From the IMG/VR virus record IMGVR_UViG_3300033076_000818, positions 1 to 43,883 of that record: 43,883 bases of DNA; one strand, given 5' to 3'. Position 1 is the first letter of the stretch. Every line of letters starts with the position of its first letter. The notes beneath the pieces were generated by a model. It saw nothing but the letters and a program-made list of their open reading frames with translations. It searched no databases and was not told the DNA's origin. The position numbers were made by a program, and so were the translations under genes. This stretch comes from a virus. Lineage: Duplodnaviria > Caudoviricetes. Below, piece after piece: positions 15,692 through 26,600 of this stretch.

Positions 15692-18034
15692 ATGGTTGTT
15701 ACCGTCTATCCTGGCCCTGGGACTTCGGCGCACCAGTCGAACCAGTACGCGGTCACGGTCAACGGGACACCGGCCTACGTCTACGGCTGGGCACGCACGG
15801 CGCCGTCCTGGAACACGCAGGGATGGTCAGCCGGCGAGTCGCCCTACCAGTCGTGGCTGACCTGGGCTGCTGACGAGACGGTCACGGTCGTTGTCACGCG
15901 CCTTGCTGGCGCGATCACCTCGGCGACGGTCTACCCGACCGAGGACGGTATTACGAAGTCGATCGCGGGCGGCGTGCTGACGCTGACGGTGCCAGCGAAC
16001 CGCCGGCTCCAGGTCGAGATCAACGGCAGCAAGCGCGATTGGCTGTGGCTGTTCTCGTCGCCGCCCATCACGATCCCCGGCGGGACGACGAGCTGGGCCA
16101 CCTACGGCCCGCGCACCGTATCGGCCGTCTCCGCTGCCGGAGACACGCTGACCGTTCCGTCTGGCCATGGCCTGGTCGCCAACGAGCGCGTTCGATTCTA
16201 CACGACCGGCACTTACCCGACGGCGGTTGGCGGCGACCTGACCGAGGCCGACTTCTACTACGTCACCAATCCGCTCGCGACGACGATTCAGCTGTCGCGC
16301 ACGTCGGGCGGCGCGGCAATCGACATCACAAGCGCGGGAAGCGGCACCATGCAGGTCTACCGCACCCGCGCTCCAGCTGCCCCGCTCTTCTTCCCGGCCG
16401 GATCGTGGCGCATCGGCCGGTTGTTCGAGATGCAAGACGGGTTCCCGGTCTACCTCGACGGGAGCGCACACGTCTACGGTTCGTTTGACTTGCGCGAGAC
16501 CTTGGCTGGCTCGGACCTCATCGGGCACGGCTCCATCAAGTCAAATGTGTCGACCTGGGAGGTGGTCGTCGCGCTCCCCGACTTTGATACGCAGCTCTCC
16601 TACTGCGCCTTCTTCGGCAAGAAGTCTGGAGTGTTCGCCCGCGACAACAAGGTTGAGGGGGTCACGGTCTACGGGGCTCCCTACTACACGTTTGCGGGCT
16701 ACGAGTTCTGCGAGGCCGTCAACGTCCAGGTCATCAACGGGTGGACGGAGAACACCGACGGTTTCGACCTTATCCAGCGCGACACGTCGACCAAGCTCGC
16801 CACCGTCCAAGACTGCTTGACGTGGTGCGGTGATGACTCGCTCAAGTCCGACAGTGACTACGGCGGCGTTGAGGTCAACAACGTCTACTGCGTTCAATCA
16901 GCTTCGAGCTCCATATTGGTCGACTACTTTGGGTTCCCTCGATTCGAGGGGACGCAGCGGACCTACACGAACATTTACGCCCGCAGCTTGCAGCTCGAGG
17001 GAGGCGAAGAGCAGTCGTTCTACCCGACGCACTGCATCGTCAAGGCGTGGGTCGACACGGACGACAGCGCGCAAGGGTCGTTCGACTTCTCCATCGACGG
17101 GCTGACCGTCGTCGGCGATCTGCGGCAGCCGTTGTTCTCGATGGAGGTGCGCAACTACCCATTCGACGACACGCGCGGCAGCCAAAAGGGGCAGGTGGCG
17201 TTTTTCACCGTGGCCAACGTCACGGCTCCAGCGACCCCGATGTTGTCGCGCATCCTCGGGACCGGATGGGCGGACGCTCCGCATGACATTGCATTCCAGA
17301 ATGTGGTCATCGACGGCGTGCGCCTAACCGCCGCCAACTGGACCGACCACTTCGAGCAGAACGCATACCCCTACAACATCACCGTCGAGGGCCAGCCCGT
17401 GGTTACCGCTGTCGAACTCTGCAACCGTGCGCTCGCCTACATCGGCGAGAGTCCTTACATCACGGCGATCGCCCCGCCGGACGACAGCAAGGCGGCCAAG
17501 CTGTGCGCGAAGTTCTTCCTTCCGGCCTTGCACGAGGTTGCTCAGGGGCACGAGTGGTCTTGGTCGACGCAGCGTTCCGAGCTGGTGGAGGTGGTGGACG
17601 GAGGGAATGAGTTCTACCGCTACTGCTACGAGATCCCGGCCGGCATGCTGCGGCTCATCGAGCTGCTGCCCGAGGGCGCTCCCGACGGCTACCGCGACCG
17701 CAACGGCGACCGGGTGAACTACAGGATCGAACGCGACGCCGACGGCGTGCAACGCATCTGGAGCAACCTGCCGAACGCTTGGGCTCGCTACTCGGTCTAC
17801 GTCACCGACCCCAACCTGCTTGACCCTTGGGGGCAGGAGGCAGTCGCAGCCAACCTGGCGGCAAAACTTTCGGCCGCGATCATGCAGGGGAAGGAGGGGC
17901 AGGCGACGATGGCCCAATACCTCCAGCTGGCACAGCAGCACATTGCCCGCGCGAAAGCCAACGACGGCAACCAGCGAGTGACCAAGACGCTGCCGGGTGA
18001 AGGGTGTCCGTGGCTCGGTGAGGGCCGCGAATGA
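15692..18034 (+). CDS. Fusion: beta-helix glycoside hydrolase (GH28/GH49-like) plus C-terminal tail tubular protein A (adaptor)
   Basis: aa 1-569 carry VYLDGSAHVYG, NTDGFD and GDD motifs; aa 570-780 start VVTAVELCNRALAYIG...HEWSWS...YCYEIPAGMLR, as in T7 gp11-like adaptors; precedes tubular B. Confidence 0.8.
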   Translation: MVVTVYPGPGTSAHQSNQYAVTVNGTPAYVYGWARTAPSWNTQGWSAGESPYQSWLTWAADETVTVVVTRLAGAITSATVYPTEDGITKSIAGGVLTLTVPANRRLQVEINGSKRDWLWLFSSPPITIPGGTTSWATYGPRTVSAVSAAGDTLTVPSGHGLVANERVRFYTTGTYPTAVGGDLTEADFYYVTNPLATTIQLSRTSGGAAIDITSAGSGTMQVYRTRAPAAPLFFPAGSWRIGRLFEMQDGFPVYLDGSAHVYGSFDLRETLAGSDLIGHGSIKSNVSTWEVVVALPDFDTQLSYCAFFGKKSGVFARDNKVEGVTVYGAPYYTFAGYEFCEAVNVQVINGWTENTDGFDLIQRDTSTKLATVQDCLTWCGDDSLKSDSDYGGVEVNNVYCVQSASSSILVDYFGFPRFEGTQRTYTNIYARSLQLEGGEEQSFYPTHCIVKAWVDTDDSAQGSFDFSIDGLTVVGDLRQPLFSMEVRNYPFDDTRGSQKGQVAFFTVANVTAPATPMLSRILGTGWADAPHDIAFQNVVIDGVRLTAANWTDHFEQNAYPYNITVEGQPVVTAVELCNRALAYIGESPYITAIAPPDDSKAAKLCAKFFLPALHEVAQGHEWSWSTQRSELVEVVDGGNEFYRYCYEIPAGMLRLIELLPEGAPDGYRDRNGDRVNYRIERDADGVQRIWSNLPNAWARYSVYVTDPNLLDPWGQEAVAANLAAKLSAAIMQGKEGQATMAQYLQLAQQHIARAKANDGNQRVTKTLPGEGCPWLGEGRE

Positions 18035-21003
18035 GGACGAGAACGATCCAGCAGAGCTTTGGCGGTGGCCGCATGTCGCCGGACATGTTCGGTCGCGCCG
18101 AGGACGTGCGAGGCCGGCAGGGTTTGGCCGAGGCGAAGAACTGCCGCACTACGACTACGGGCGCCATTGAGTCGAGGACCGGAACGCGCTTCTGTGTCGC
18201 CGCCAAGGACAGCGCACGGCAGACGATCGTGCGGCCTTTCATCACCGACAGCGACGACGGCGTCGTCTTGGTGCTCAACGGCTGGGACGGAAACCCGAGC
18301 AACTACGGCACGATTCGCTTCTTGGTCAACGGGTCGCCGCTGCTCTACGTCGCCGGCACCTACCCGCTCTACCGCGAGTCGTCGACGGTCACACTCACCA
18401 ATGCGGGCTTGGGCGAAATCCAGGTCAACTGGACGCTTCAGCCGTTCACGGCCGACGGCCAGCCGGTGGTTTTTACGACCACCAACACACTCGGTTTCGG
18501 CCTTGTCCCCGGTCAGGTCTACTACGTGCGCAACCGGGCCGCGAACTCGTTCCAAATCGCCGCGACTCCGGGCGGCCCATCGCTGGTCTTGGGCTCCGGC
18601 CTTCCATCTGGCACACAGACGGGCCACGCCTACTACCAGCCCGGCGACATCGTCCAGAACTCCACCAACTACTTCTACTGCCGGGAGTGGACGCCGGACG
18701 TAGAGCCGGGCATCGATCCGGGGTGGCAGACCTACTGGTATCAGCTGCCGGCGACGCGCGAGCTGGAGATCCCGCACCAGTACCTCGACGCCGACCTCGC
18801 GGACCTCGACATGAGGACGCAGACGGCGAACGTCCTGACGATCGTTCACCAGAACTACCAGCCGCGCGAGCTGATCCGCCTTGGCCCGCTGGTGTGGTCG
18901 TTCCGCCGCTTGACCTTTGGCGCGTCCGTGCCGCCTCCAGCGTGGGCGAACCCGGCGATCGTGCCCTATGCTGGCCAAGTCGCCAACGCGAGCGGTGTGG
19001 TCCTCGGCGGCACGCCAAATCGACTCCAGATCCAGTTCGCCAGCGAGCACACGTTCCGCACTGGCGACACGTTCTACGCGCTTGGGTTCACCGGGATCGC
19101 CGACGGCTTCTACTCGGTCGGCGCCTACAACGCGACGCAGTTCGACGTGCGCACCGTCACTGGCGAATCGCTGGTGACCACGCTGCCATCCGCGCTTGGT
19201 AGCTGCCGCCTCGCTACGCCAACCTCAAGGGTCACCGAGTTCTACCGCATCACGTCTCTTGACAGCGACGGGCGCGAGAGCGACGGCGGCCCGGCGTCTG
19301 GCGCGACGAACATCCTGACCGTCCCCGGCAGCTACAACACGCTTACCTGGCTTCCGGTCGTTGGCGCCGCGCTCTACCGCGTCTACCGCAGCGAGAACGA
19401 TCGGTACGTGCTGATCGGCGAAACCAGCGGCACGACCTTCCGCGACGCCGACGAGAAGCCGGACTTCTCCTACACCCTGCCGCTCACCGACAGCACGATC
19501 GGGGGCACGGCGCTGGACTACCCGGCGGCCTGCGGCAGCTTCGAGGGCCGCCAGTTCCTCGGTGGCACCATCAACCGGCCGCAGACCCTTTGGGGCACGC
19601 GCAGCGGCACGTCGTCGGACCTAAGCTACCACATCCCGCTGCAGCCCGACGACCGGCTCAGCTTGACGCTCAAGTCGAATCGGCCGTGCACCATCCGCCA
19701 CATGGTCGGCATGTCGCAGACGTTGGTGGTGTTGACCAGCGCCGAGGAGTTCCGCATCGCCTCGCCGGACGGTGTGGCGCTGACCGCCGATGTCACGCCG
19801 CCGGCCCGCTCGGTAACCACGGTTGGGTCGAGTCGCCGCTGGCCCGTCGTGGTCGGCAACTCGCTGGTGTTCGAGGCCGAGCGGCGCGGGCAGATCCGCG
19901 AGCTTGGGTTTCGCTCCGACGCCGGCTGGCAAGTCGGCAACGTCTCGACGCGCTGCGCCGACTGGTTCGACGGCTACACGATGGTGGACGGCATCGCGCA
20001 CCAGCAGGCGCCCGTACCCACGCTCTGGATGGTCCGCAGCGACGGCACGCTGCTGGGATTCACCTACGCCCCGGAGGAGCAGGTTGGCGGCTGGCACCAG
20101 CACACGACCGACGGCGCGTTCGAGTCGGTGTGCGTCGTCCCCGAGGGCGGCGAGGACATCGTCTACGTAGTCGTCCGCCGGACGATCGGTGGCACGCCGC
20201 TGCGCTACATCGAGCGGATGGCCGAGCGCCGCGCGGCAACGCTTTCGGACCGCCGCTACGTGGACTGCCACCTGACCTACGACGGCACCAACACGACGGC
20301 GACGACGCTGACGCTGACCGGCGGCACGACCTACGCGGCGGGCCAGACGATCACGCTGACGGCGAGCGCGGCCACGTTCGCATTCCCGGCCACGACTGAC
20401 GTAGGCGACCGCATCAAGTGGCTTGGCCTCTACCGGGTCCGCATCACGGCGACCAGCTCGACGACGGTTGCAACGGGCGTCATCGAGGACAGCTTCCCGA
20501 GCGCCCCGGCTGGCCCGTCTACCGTCTGGACGTGGGGACGGGACACGCTGTCGGGCTTGGCGCACCTCGAGGGCAAGAAGGTGCAGGTGGTCGCTGACGG
20601 CGTGGTGATGCAGGCGCAGACCGTCACCAGTGGGGCCATCAGCATCCGCACGAAGGCCGGCGCCACGGCCGTCGGATACAAGATCCATGTCGGGCTTGGC
20701 TACACGGCCGAGGCTGTGACGATGTCGCCAGCCATCCCGGTTGACGGTCTCGGCCACGGGCGAACGGGGTCGGTGACTCACGCGCACTTGCGCCTACGTG
20801 GCTCGGCCCCGTTCCGTGTTGGTCCGCTTGGCGGCCAAGACGTCACTTTGAACGCGACCAGCCAAGCCGACGACTTCACCGGACCTTCCCGCGAGCTGGT
20901 CGAAGGAACTTGGAGCCTGGACAAGCAGATCCGCATGGTTCAGACGGAGCCGCTGCCTATGAGCATCACGGGCGCGGTCTACACGATCGTATGGGGTGAC
21001 TGA
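18031..21003 (+). CDS. Tail tubular protein B (nozzle) with inserted domains
   Basis: QQSFGGGRMSP..FGR N-terminus, TQTANVLTIVH, GWHQHTTDG, SGLAHLEGKKV motifs. Confidence 0.9.
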   Translation: MRTRTIQQSFGGGRMSPDMFGRAEDVRGRQGLAEAKNCRTTTTGAIESRTGTRFCVAAKDSARQTIVRPFITDSDDGVVLVLNGWDGNPSNYGTIRFLVNGSPLLYVAGTYPLYRESSTVTLTNAGLGEIQVNWTLQPFTADGQPVVFTTTNTLGFGLVPGQVYYVRNRAANSFQIAATPGGPSLVLGSGLPSGTQTGHAYYQPGDIVQNSTNYFYCREWTPDVEPGIDPGWQTYWYQLPATRELEIPHQYLDADLADLDMRTQTANVLTIVHQNYQPRELIRLGPLVWSFRRLTFGASVPPPAWANPAIVPYAGQVANASGVVLGGTPNRLQIQFASEHTFRTGDTFYALGFTGIADGFYSVGAYNATQFDVRTVTGESLVTTLPSALGSCRLATPTSRVTEFYRITSLDSDGRESDGGPASGATNILTVPGSYNTLTWLPVVGAALYRVYRSENDRYVLIGETSGTTFRDADEKPDFSYTLPLTDSTIGGTALDYPAACGSFEGRQFLGGTINRPQTLWGTRSGTSSDLSYHIPLQPDDRLSLTLKSNRPCTIRHMVGMSQTLVVLTSAEEFRIASPDGVALTADVTPPARSVTTVGSSRRWPVVVGNSLVFEAERRGQIRELGFRSDAGWQVGNVSTRCADWFDGYTMVDGIAHQQAPVPTLWMVRSDGTLLGFTYAPEEQVGGWHQHTTDGAFESVCVVPEGGEDIVYVVVRRTIGGTPLRYIERMAERRAATLSDRRYVDCHLTYDGTNTTATTLTLTGGTTYAAGQTITLTASAATFAFPATTDVGDRIKWLGLYRVRITATSSTTVATGVIEDSFPSAPAGPSTVWTWGRDTLSGLAHLEGKKVQVVADGVVMQAQTVTSGAISIRTKAGATAVGYKIHVGLGYTAEAVTMSPAIPVDGLGHGRTGSVTHAHLRLRGSAPFRVGPLGGQDVTLNATSQADDFTGPSRELVEGTWSLDKQIRMVQTEPLPMSITGAVYTIVWGD

Positions 21004-21683
21004 TGAGCGCAACCGACCTCCCTCCGCTAGGCAATCCTTCCGGCCTGTTCGGTAGCTACGCCCTGTTCGGCAGCATGGCGCAGACGCCGCCGGCCGCCCC
21101 GGCTGCTGCTGGCGCGACCGCTCCGGGCACCAACCCGTGGCTCGGCATCGGCGCCGTGGCGTCGGTTGCCGGCGCCGCGATGGGCACGGCGGGCGCCTAC
21201 TTCGCCGCCAAGAACAGCAAGATGGCGGCCCGCTCGCAGGCCATGGCGGCGGACTTCCAAGCGTCCATGGCGGCCAGGAACGCGCGCTTGGCCGAGATGG
21301 ATGCCCAGATCGCCCGCGACGCTGGCAAGGCCGAGCTGCGCACGCTGGGATGGCAATACGGGCAGGCTGCGGGCCAACAGCGGGCAGCACAGGCGGCGTC
21401 GGGCGTCGACATGGGCAGCGGCAACGCCTTGGAGCAGCGGGTGTCGCTGCGCCTCGCCCAACGCCTCGACGCGCTCACCATCAATCGCAACACGGCCACG
21501 GCGGTCTCGTCCCGGCTGACCAACGCGGTCAACTTCCGCAACCAGGCGGCAATGGGTCGAGTCACCGCCGGCAACCTGCGTGCGACGGCTGGCAGCATCA
21601 GCCCCGGCCTTTCGACGTTCGCCGGGCTGCTGGACGGTGCCGCTCGCGCCGCCGGCCCCGTCTACTCCTGGAGCCGCAACTGA
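21003..21683 (+). CDS. Internal virion (ejection) protein, T7 gp14-like
   Basis: Gly/Ala-rich; GQQRAAQAASGVDMGSG; position after nozzle. Confidence 0.75.
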   Translation: MSATDLPPLGNPSGLFGSYALFGSMAQTPPAAPAAAGATAPGTNPWLGIGAVASVAGAAMGTAGAYFAAKNSKMAARSQAMAADFQASMAARNARLAEMDAQIARDAGKAELRTLGWQYGQAAGQQRAAQAASGVDMGSGNALEQRVSLRLAQRLDALTINRNTATAVSSRLTNAVNFRNQAAMGRVTAGNLRATAGSISPGLSTFAGLLDGAARAAGPVYSWSRN

Positions 21684-23689
21684 TGCGCATTCCCGCCCCG
21701 ACCGTCCCGGTAAGCACGCAGAGCGTTGGCCAGTTTGCCGCCCCGACCGCCGCGCCAATGCAGGACTTCACGGCGCAGCAGCTACAGCAGACCGGCCAGT
21801 CGCTGTTGCAGGCCGGTGCATCCGCAAATCACATCGGCGCCGACCTGCAACGGCGGGCCAACGAAGGGTTCTTGATGGAGGTCGATGCGATCGCCTCCGA
21901 GTTAAGGCGCAACACGGTAGGCCAGTACACGCAGATGGCAGGGCTCCCCGCCATCGAGCAGTTCAAGGACATGCACGAGGGCCTGCGGACGCAGTTGCGC
22001 AACCTCGGCGATACGGCCCGATCGCCCGAGCAACGGCAGGCGGTGGAACGTCTGCTGGCTGGCCAGATGCAGCACGCATCGAACCTGATGGTGGCGCACC
22101 GCGACCGGGAGATTACTAGTCGGGCCATCGGCGGCGCGTCGGCCGGCATCGCGTCGGCAATCGAGGACTACCGGGCGTCGCTGGGCAACCCCGAGGACAT
22201 GGAGGTGGCCCGTCGGATGGTCGTTCACCTCCAAGGCAAGCTGTCGCAGTTGAAGGGCGAGGACGGCGACATGGCGAAGCTAGCCATGCTGGACACCACG
22301 ACGAAGCTGCACCTTGTTGCTGTGGACGCTCTGTTGGCCGCTGGGCGGGCTTCGGAGGCGGGGGCCTACCTGGAGTCCTACAAGGGCGAAATCGAGCCGC
22401 AGGAGGCCGCCAAGGCCGGCCGGGTGGTCAAGCGGGCCGGCATCGACGACAAGGCGCAGCGGCTGACCATGCTGCTGGACGACGGCCGCGACATCCAATC
22501 CAAGGTCAACGACGCCGACCGGATGTTCGCCAAGGGCGAGTTGACGGTCGAGGAGCGCGACGCGACGGTCTCCCGGCTCCGGGCGGCCGATGACGACCGC
22601 TACCAGCAGCGCAACCGGACGGCCAACAAGGCACTCGCCGACGCGACCGACTTCGCCCGCGCGAACCGCATCCAGTCGATCGACCAGCTTCCGGCGCAGC
22701 TTCGCACGCAGTTGGAGGAGGTCGGCGAGCTGGACAAGGTGCAGCTCTTCCTGGACCAAGGCGGCCAGTTCGTCACAACCCGACTCGGCCTGCGCGCCAT
22801 GAACTCAGTGACGCCGGCGCAGCTTCTCAAGGTCAGGAGCTACGACGACCTGGAGGCGATGTTCCAAGGCAACCTGAGCACCGACGACATGGCCGAGATG
22901 GCGGCCCGTTGGCGCAAGACGCACGCCATGGCAGCCGAGCCGGGTGACGAGGACAAGATCGAACGCGGACTCATCCTGCGCAACGCAGCACGGGAAGCCG
23001 GGCTTCTGCCGTCCGATCGAGACCCGACCGACGCCGAGAAGGCAAGGCACGACCGCTTTATCGAGGCGGCCATGCGCGAGGCCAACAGCCGGTTCGGTGG
23101 CAAGGCGACCAACGAGCAGTTCCGGACGGTGGCCCGCGAGCTGGCGTTCGACACGCTGACCATGCCGTCCGGCGGTGTCAAGGTTCCGTTCTCTGCGGCG
23201 ACCAAGGAGGAGTTGCAAAACGGCTACTTCACGGTTGAAGGCCGGCAGGTGTTCAACAAGAACGTCAGCGAGGAGACGAAGAACCAGCTTCTGCAGGCGA
23301 TCGATGTCTACAACGCGGAGGCCGCACGGCGCGGGATGCCGCAGAAGCCTCGCACCATGGCCCAGGTGTTCACCGAGTGGGAGAAGCGCAACGTGGTGGA
23401 CCGCGCCGAGCTGGTGAAGAGCAAGCAGGCGGTGCAGGCCGAGGTGTTCAAGGACACTGACGTCCTCCGCGCCTACCACAAGGTGTGGCGCAGCCAGTTC
23501 GACGGCGGCCGCGACAGCCAAAAGACCTACGAGACGCTGAACGGCTGGCAGAGTCAGCAGATGCGCTGGATGGGCGAGAACATGACTAAGGCCGAATGGT
23601 TCATGCGCACCGAAGGGCTCACCGCCAGCCAGTACGCTGAACTCCTGCGCGTTGCGCAATCCGACGCTCGCACCCGAGAAGCACGATGA
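21683..23689 (+). CDS. Internal virion (ejection) protein, T7 gp15-like
   Basis: 668-aa helical protein, ATG 21683 overlapping previous TGA; synteny. Confidence 0.7.
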   Translation: MRIPAPTVPVSTQSVGQFAAPTAAPMQDFTAQQLQQTGQSLLQAGASANHIGADLQRRANEGFLMEVDAIASELRRNTVGQYTQMAGLPAIEQFKDMHEGLRTQLRNLGDTARSPEQRQAVERLLAGQMQHASNLMVAHRDREITSRAIGGASAGIASAIEDYRASLGNPEDMEVARRMVVHLQGKLSQLKGEDGDMAKLAMLDTTTKLHLVAVDALLAAGRASEAGAYLESYKGEIEPQEAAKAGRVVKRAGIDDKAQRLTMLLDDGRDIQSKVNDADRMFAKGELTVEERDATVSRLRAADDDRYQQRNRTANKALADATDFARANRIQSIDQLPAQLRTQLEEVGELDKVQLFLDQGGQFVTTRLGLRAMNSVTPAQLLKVRSYDDLEAMFQGNLSTDDMAEMAARWRKTHAMAAEPGDEDKIERGLILRNAAREAGLLPSDRDPTDAEKARHDRFIEAAMREANSRFGGKATNEQFRTVARELAFDTLTMPSGGVKVPFSAATKEELQNGYFTVEGRQVFNKNVSEETKNQLLQAIDVYNAEAARRGMPQKPRTMAQVFTEWEKRNVVDRAELVKSKQAVQAEVFKDTDVLRAYHKVWRSQFDGGRDSQKTYETLNGWQSQQMRWMGENMTKAEWFMRTEGLTASQYAELLRVAQSDARTREAR

Positions 23690-26600
23690 CCGACCCGACC
23701 CTCTCCCCGCTCCCGCCGCTTTCGCAGGAGCCGACGAACCCCTACGTCGCGCCCATGCTGTCGGAGCTTGCGGTGGCGCAGCAGCAGGGTCCGGGCAGCG
23801 CGCAGAACCCATACGTCGGCTCGATGCTGTCGGAGTTGGATACGGCCGCCAAGGAGCGCGACCAGCGGTTCGCCGCGTCCTACCGCGCCGCCATGCGTAC
23901 CGATCCGGCGATGTTCGCCGAGGCCAAGGCGATCGCCAAGCAGATGGGCGAGGACGTGTCACCCGACGCCGTGCTCGGGAACCTCAAAGTTGCCCGCGAG
24001 GTCGTGAAGGCCCGCGCCGTCCGTTACGAGGACTTGCGCCAGCGGTCGCCGATCTTGGCCGAGCAGCTGTCTAAGACGGACTTTGTGCGGATTGCGCGCG
24101 ACGACCTCGACAACCTGGAAACCACGGAGTCGACGTTCGGGTGGCTCAAGCGCAACGTGCAGGCGGGGCAGGCAGCGAACATGCGCGGCTACATCGGCAC
24201 CCGCAAGGCGCTGGGGATCGCCACGCCGCAGGAGGAGGAGGCTTTGATCGCGCTGGAGCAGCTGCAGCGCGAGGCCAACATGGACCCCGGCGTCTCCGGC
24301 AACGTGGCGCAGACGCTCGGCCAGATGGCTGACACGGTGCCGACAGCTGCCGCGATCGGTGCCGCCGCCGCCACGCCGATGTTGGCTCTTGGCCCGGCCG
24401 CCCCTGTGTCCGCCAGCACCACGTTCACCGTGGCGAGTGGCGCGGCCCTGTTCACGCAGTCGGCCATGATCGAGGGCGGCAACGCCTACCTCGACATGAT
24501 CGACAACGGCTACGACCACCAGACGGCTGCGTCGGTGGCGCTTGGCGTTGGCCTCGTCAACGGCTCGCTGGAGCTGGTGGGCACGAAGGCCGTGGCGAAG
24601 CCGTTCCAAGCCGTGTTCGCGCGGGAGGCTGTGTCGGCGCTGTCCAAGGCCATGACGCGGGAAACGGCCGCGCGCGCGTTCGGGACGTTCGTGCGCGACT
24701 ACGCCAAGAGCCTTGGCGCGGAGGTGTTCACCGAGACGGCGCAGGAGGCCGTCAACATCGCCGCCGAGGACTTCGCGCGGCGCATCAGTCGACCCGACAA
24801 GCCTGAGCAGACGCCCGGCCAAGTCATGGACCGGCTCGGCGAGATTTTCACCAAGACGGCCATGAGCATGGGCGTGCTGTCGGTGCCGGGGCCGGCGCTC
24901 AAGTATGCGGCCGACGCCATCCGCGCCGGGCAGGCCACGCAACAGGCCCGAGCGTTCGACGAGATGGCGAAGCTTGCCGGCGAGTCGCAGGCCCGCAAGC
25001 TGGACGGCGAGAGCTATGGCAGCACCGTCAAGGCGATGGCCGAGGCCAACGGGGCGCCGCTGATCTACGTGGACGCCAAGGCGTTGGGCGACGTCCTTCG
25101 CCAGCAAGACAAGGCGGCGGTGGAGGCGGGCAACGGCCGCACCAAGTCGGCAGCGTCGCAGCTGGACGAGAAGCTTCCCGGCCTGTCCGAGCAGATCGCC
25201 GAGGCCGAGCGCGACGGCGGCGACGTGGTGATCCGCACCGACGACTGGGCGAGCAAGCTGGCCGGCACCGAACTGGACGCAATCCTTCGGCCGCACATGC
25301 GGTTCGACCCGGAGGGCGTTTCGCTGGCGCAGGCCGAAGAGTATCGCAAGTCGCTGGCCGACATGCAGGCCGGCATGCAAGGCGAGAAGGGCGTCGGCAC
25401 CGAAGCCGAGCGCGCGTTCGCCGAGTCGGCCGCCAAGGTCGAAGCCGGCTACCTCGAACAGATCGAGGCCACCAAGACGGTCGACGCCAAGACGGCCCGC
25501 GCGCAATCGCGGTTGCTGGGCGCGTTCGTCGAAACGCAGTCGCAGCGGCTTGGCATCACGCCCGAGGAGTTCGCCAAGAAGTACCCGTTGAGCATCGGCG
25601 TCGGCGTGCTGACTCCGGACGCGCAGACGGCGCTTCGGCAGGAGGGCGACAAGGAGCCGCGCGCCGCCTACAACCCCAAGGACTGGACGCTGATGCTGTT
25701 CGGGGGGCTCAAGGCCGACCCGACCAGCTTCATGCACGAGTCCGGGCACTTCTTCATGCACGCCATGGAGGAGATGGCGGCAAGCAACGAGGTGACGCGG
25801 ACCGAGTGGGCGAAGGCGCTTGAGGCCATGGGCACCACGCAAGAGAAGTGGGCCGCCGCCGACCAGGCGCAGCGCCGCAAGATCAGCGAGACGTTCGCAT
25901 ACTCGTTCGAGGACTACTTGGCGCAGGGCGAGGCCCCGTCGGCCGAGCTGCGCAGCCTGTTCAGCCAGTTCCGCGTCTGGATGCTGCGCGTCTACGGCAC
26001 CGTGCGTGATGCGCTCAACGTGCTGTTCCGCAAGGAGTCGGGTGGCGCAGACCTCCCCGCCCTGTCTTCCGAGCTTCGCGGCGTGTTCGACCGCATGCTC
26101 GCCAGCCAGCAGGCCATCGACCTCGCGCAAGCCGAGCGCGGCATGGCGTCGCTGTTCCTCGACGAGAAGGCCCGCAAGGCCGCTGGCATCACGGAGGAGC
26201 AGTGGGCCGACATGCAAGACGGCGACCGCATGGCCCGCGAGGAGGCTGTCGCCAAGCTGACGGCAATGTCCCTGCGCGGGCTGGAGTACTTCGAGAACTC
26301 CCGCAACAAGGCGCTCCGCGAGCTGGGGTCGCAGGCCCGCAAGAAGCGGCAAGAGTTCCGCGCCGAGGCCGAGAAGGAGGTTGCCGCTCGCCCGGTCTAC
26401 CGCGCAATCAGGCTGCTGCGCGACGGCGTCTACGTAGCGCAGGACGGCAGCACCGAGACTGTGCCGGACGGCGAGCGCGTGCGTCTGGACGCGAAGGCTG
26501 TGCGCCGCATCCTGGGCGTGGAGGAGCAGGCGCCCAAGTTCCAGACGTTGGTTGCGCGCATCGTCGAGATGGGCGGCATCAACCCCAAGGGCTACCCCGG

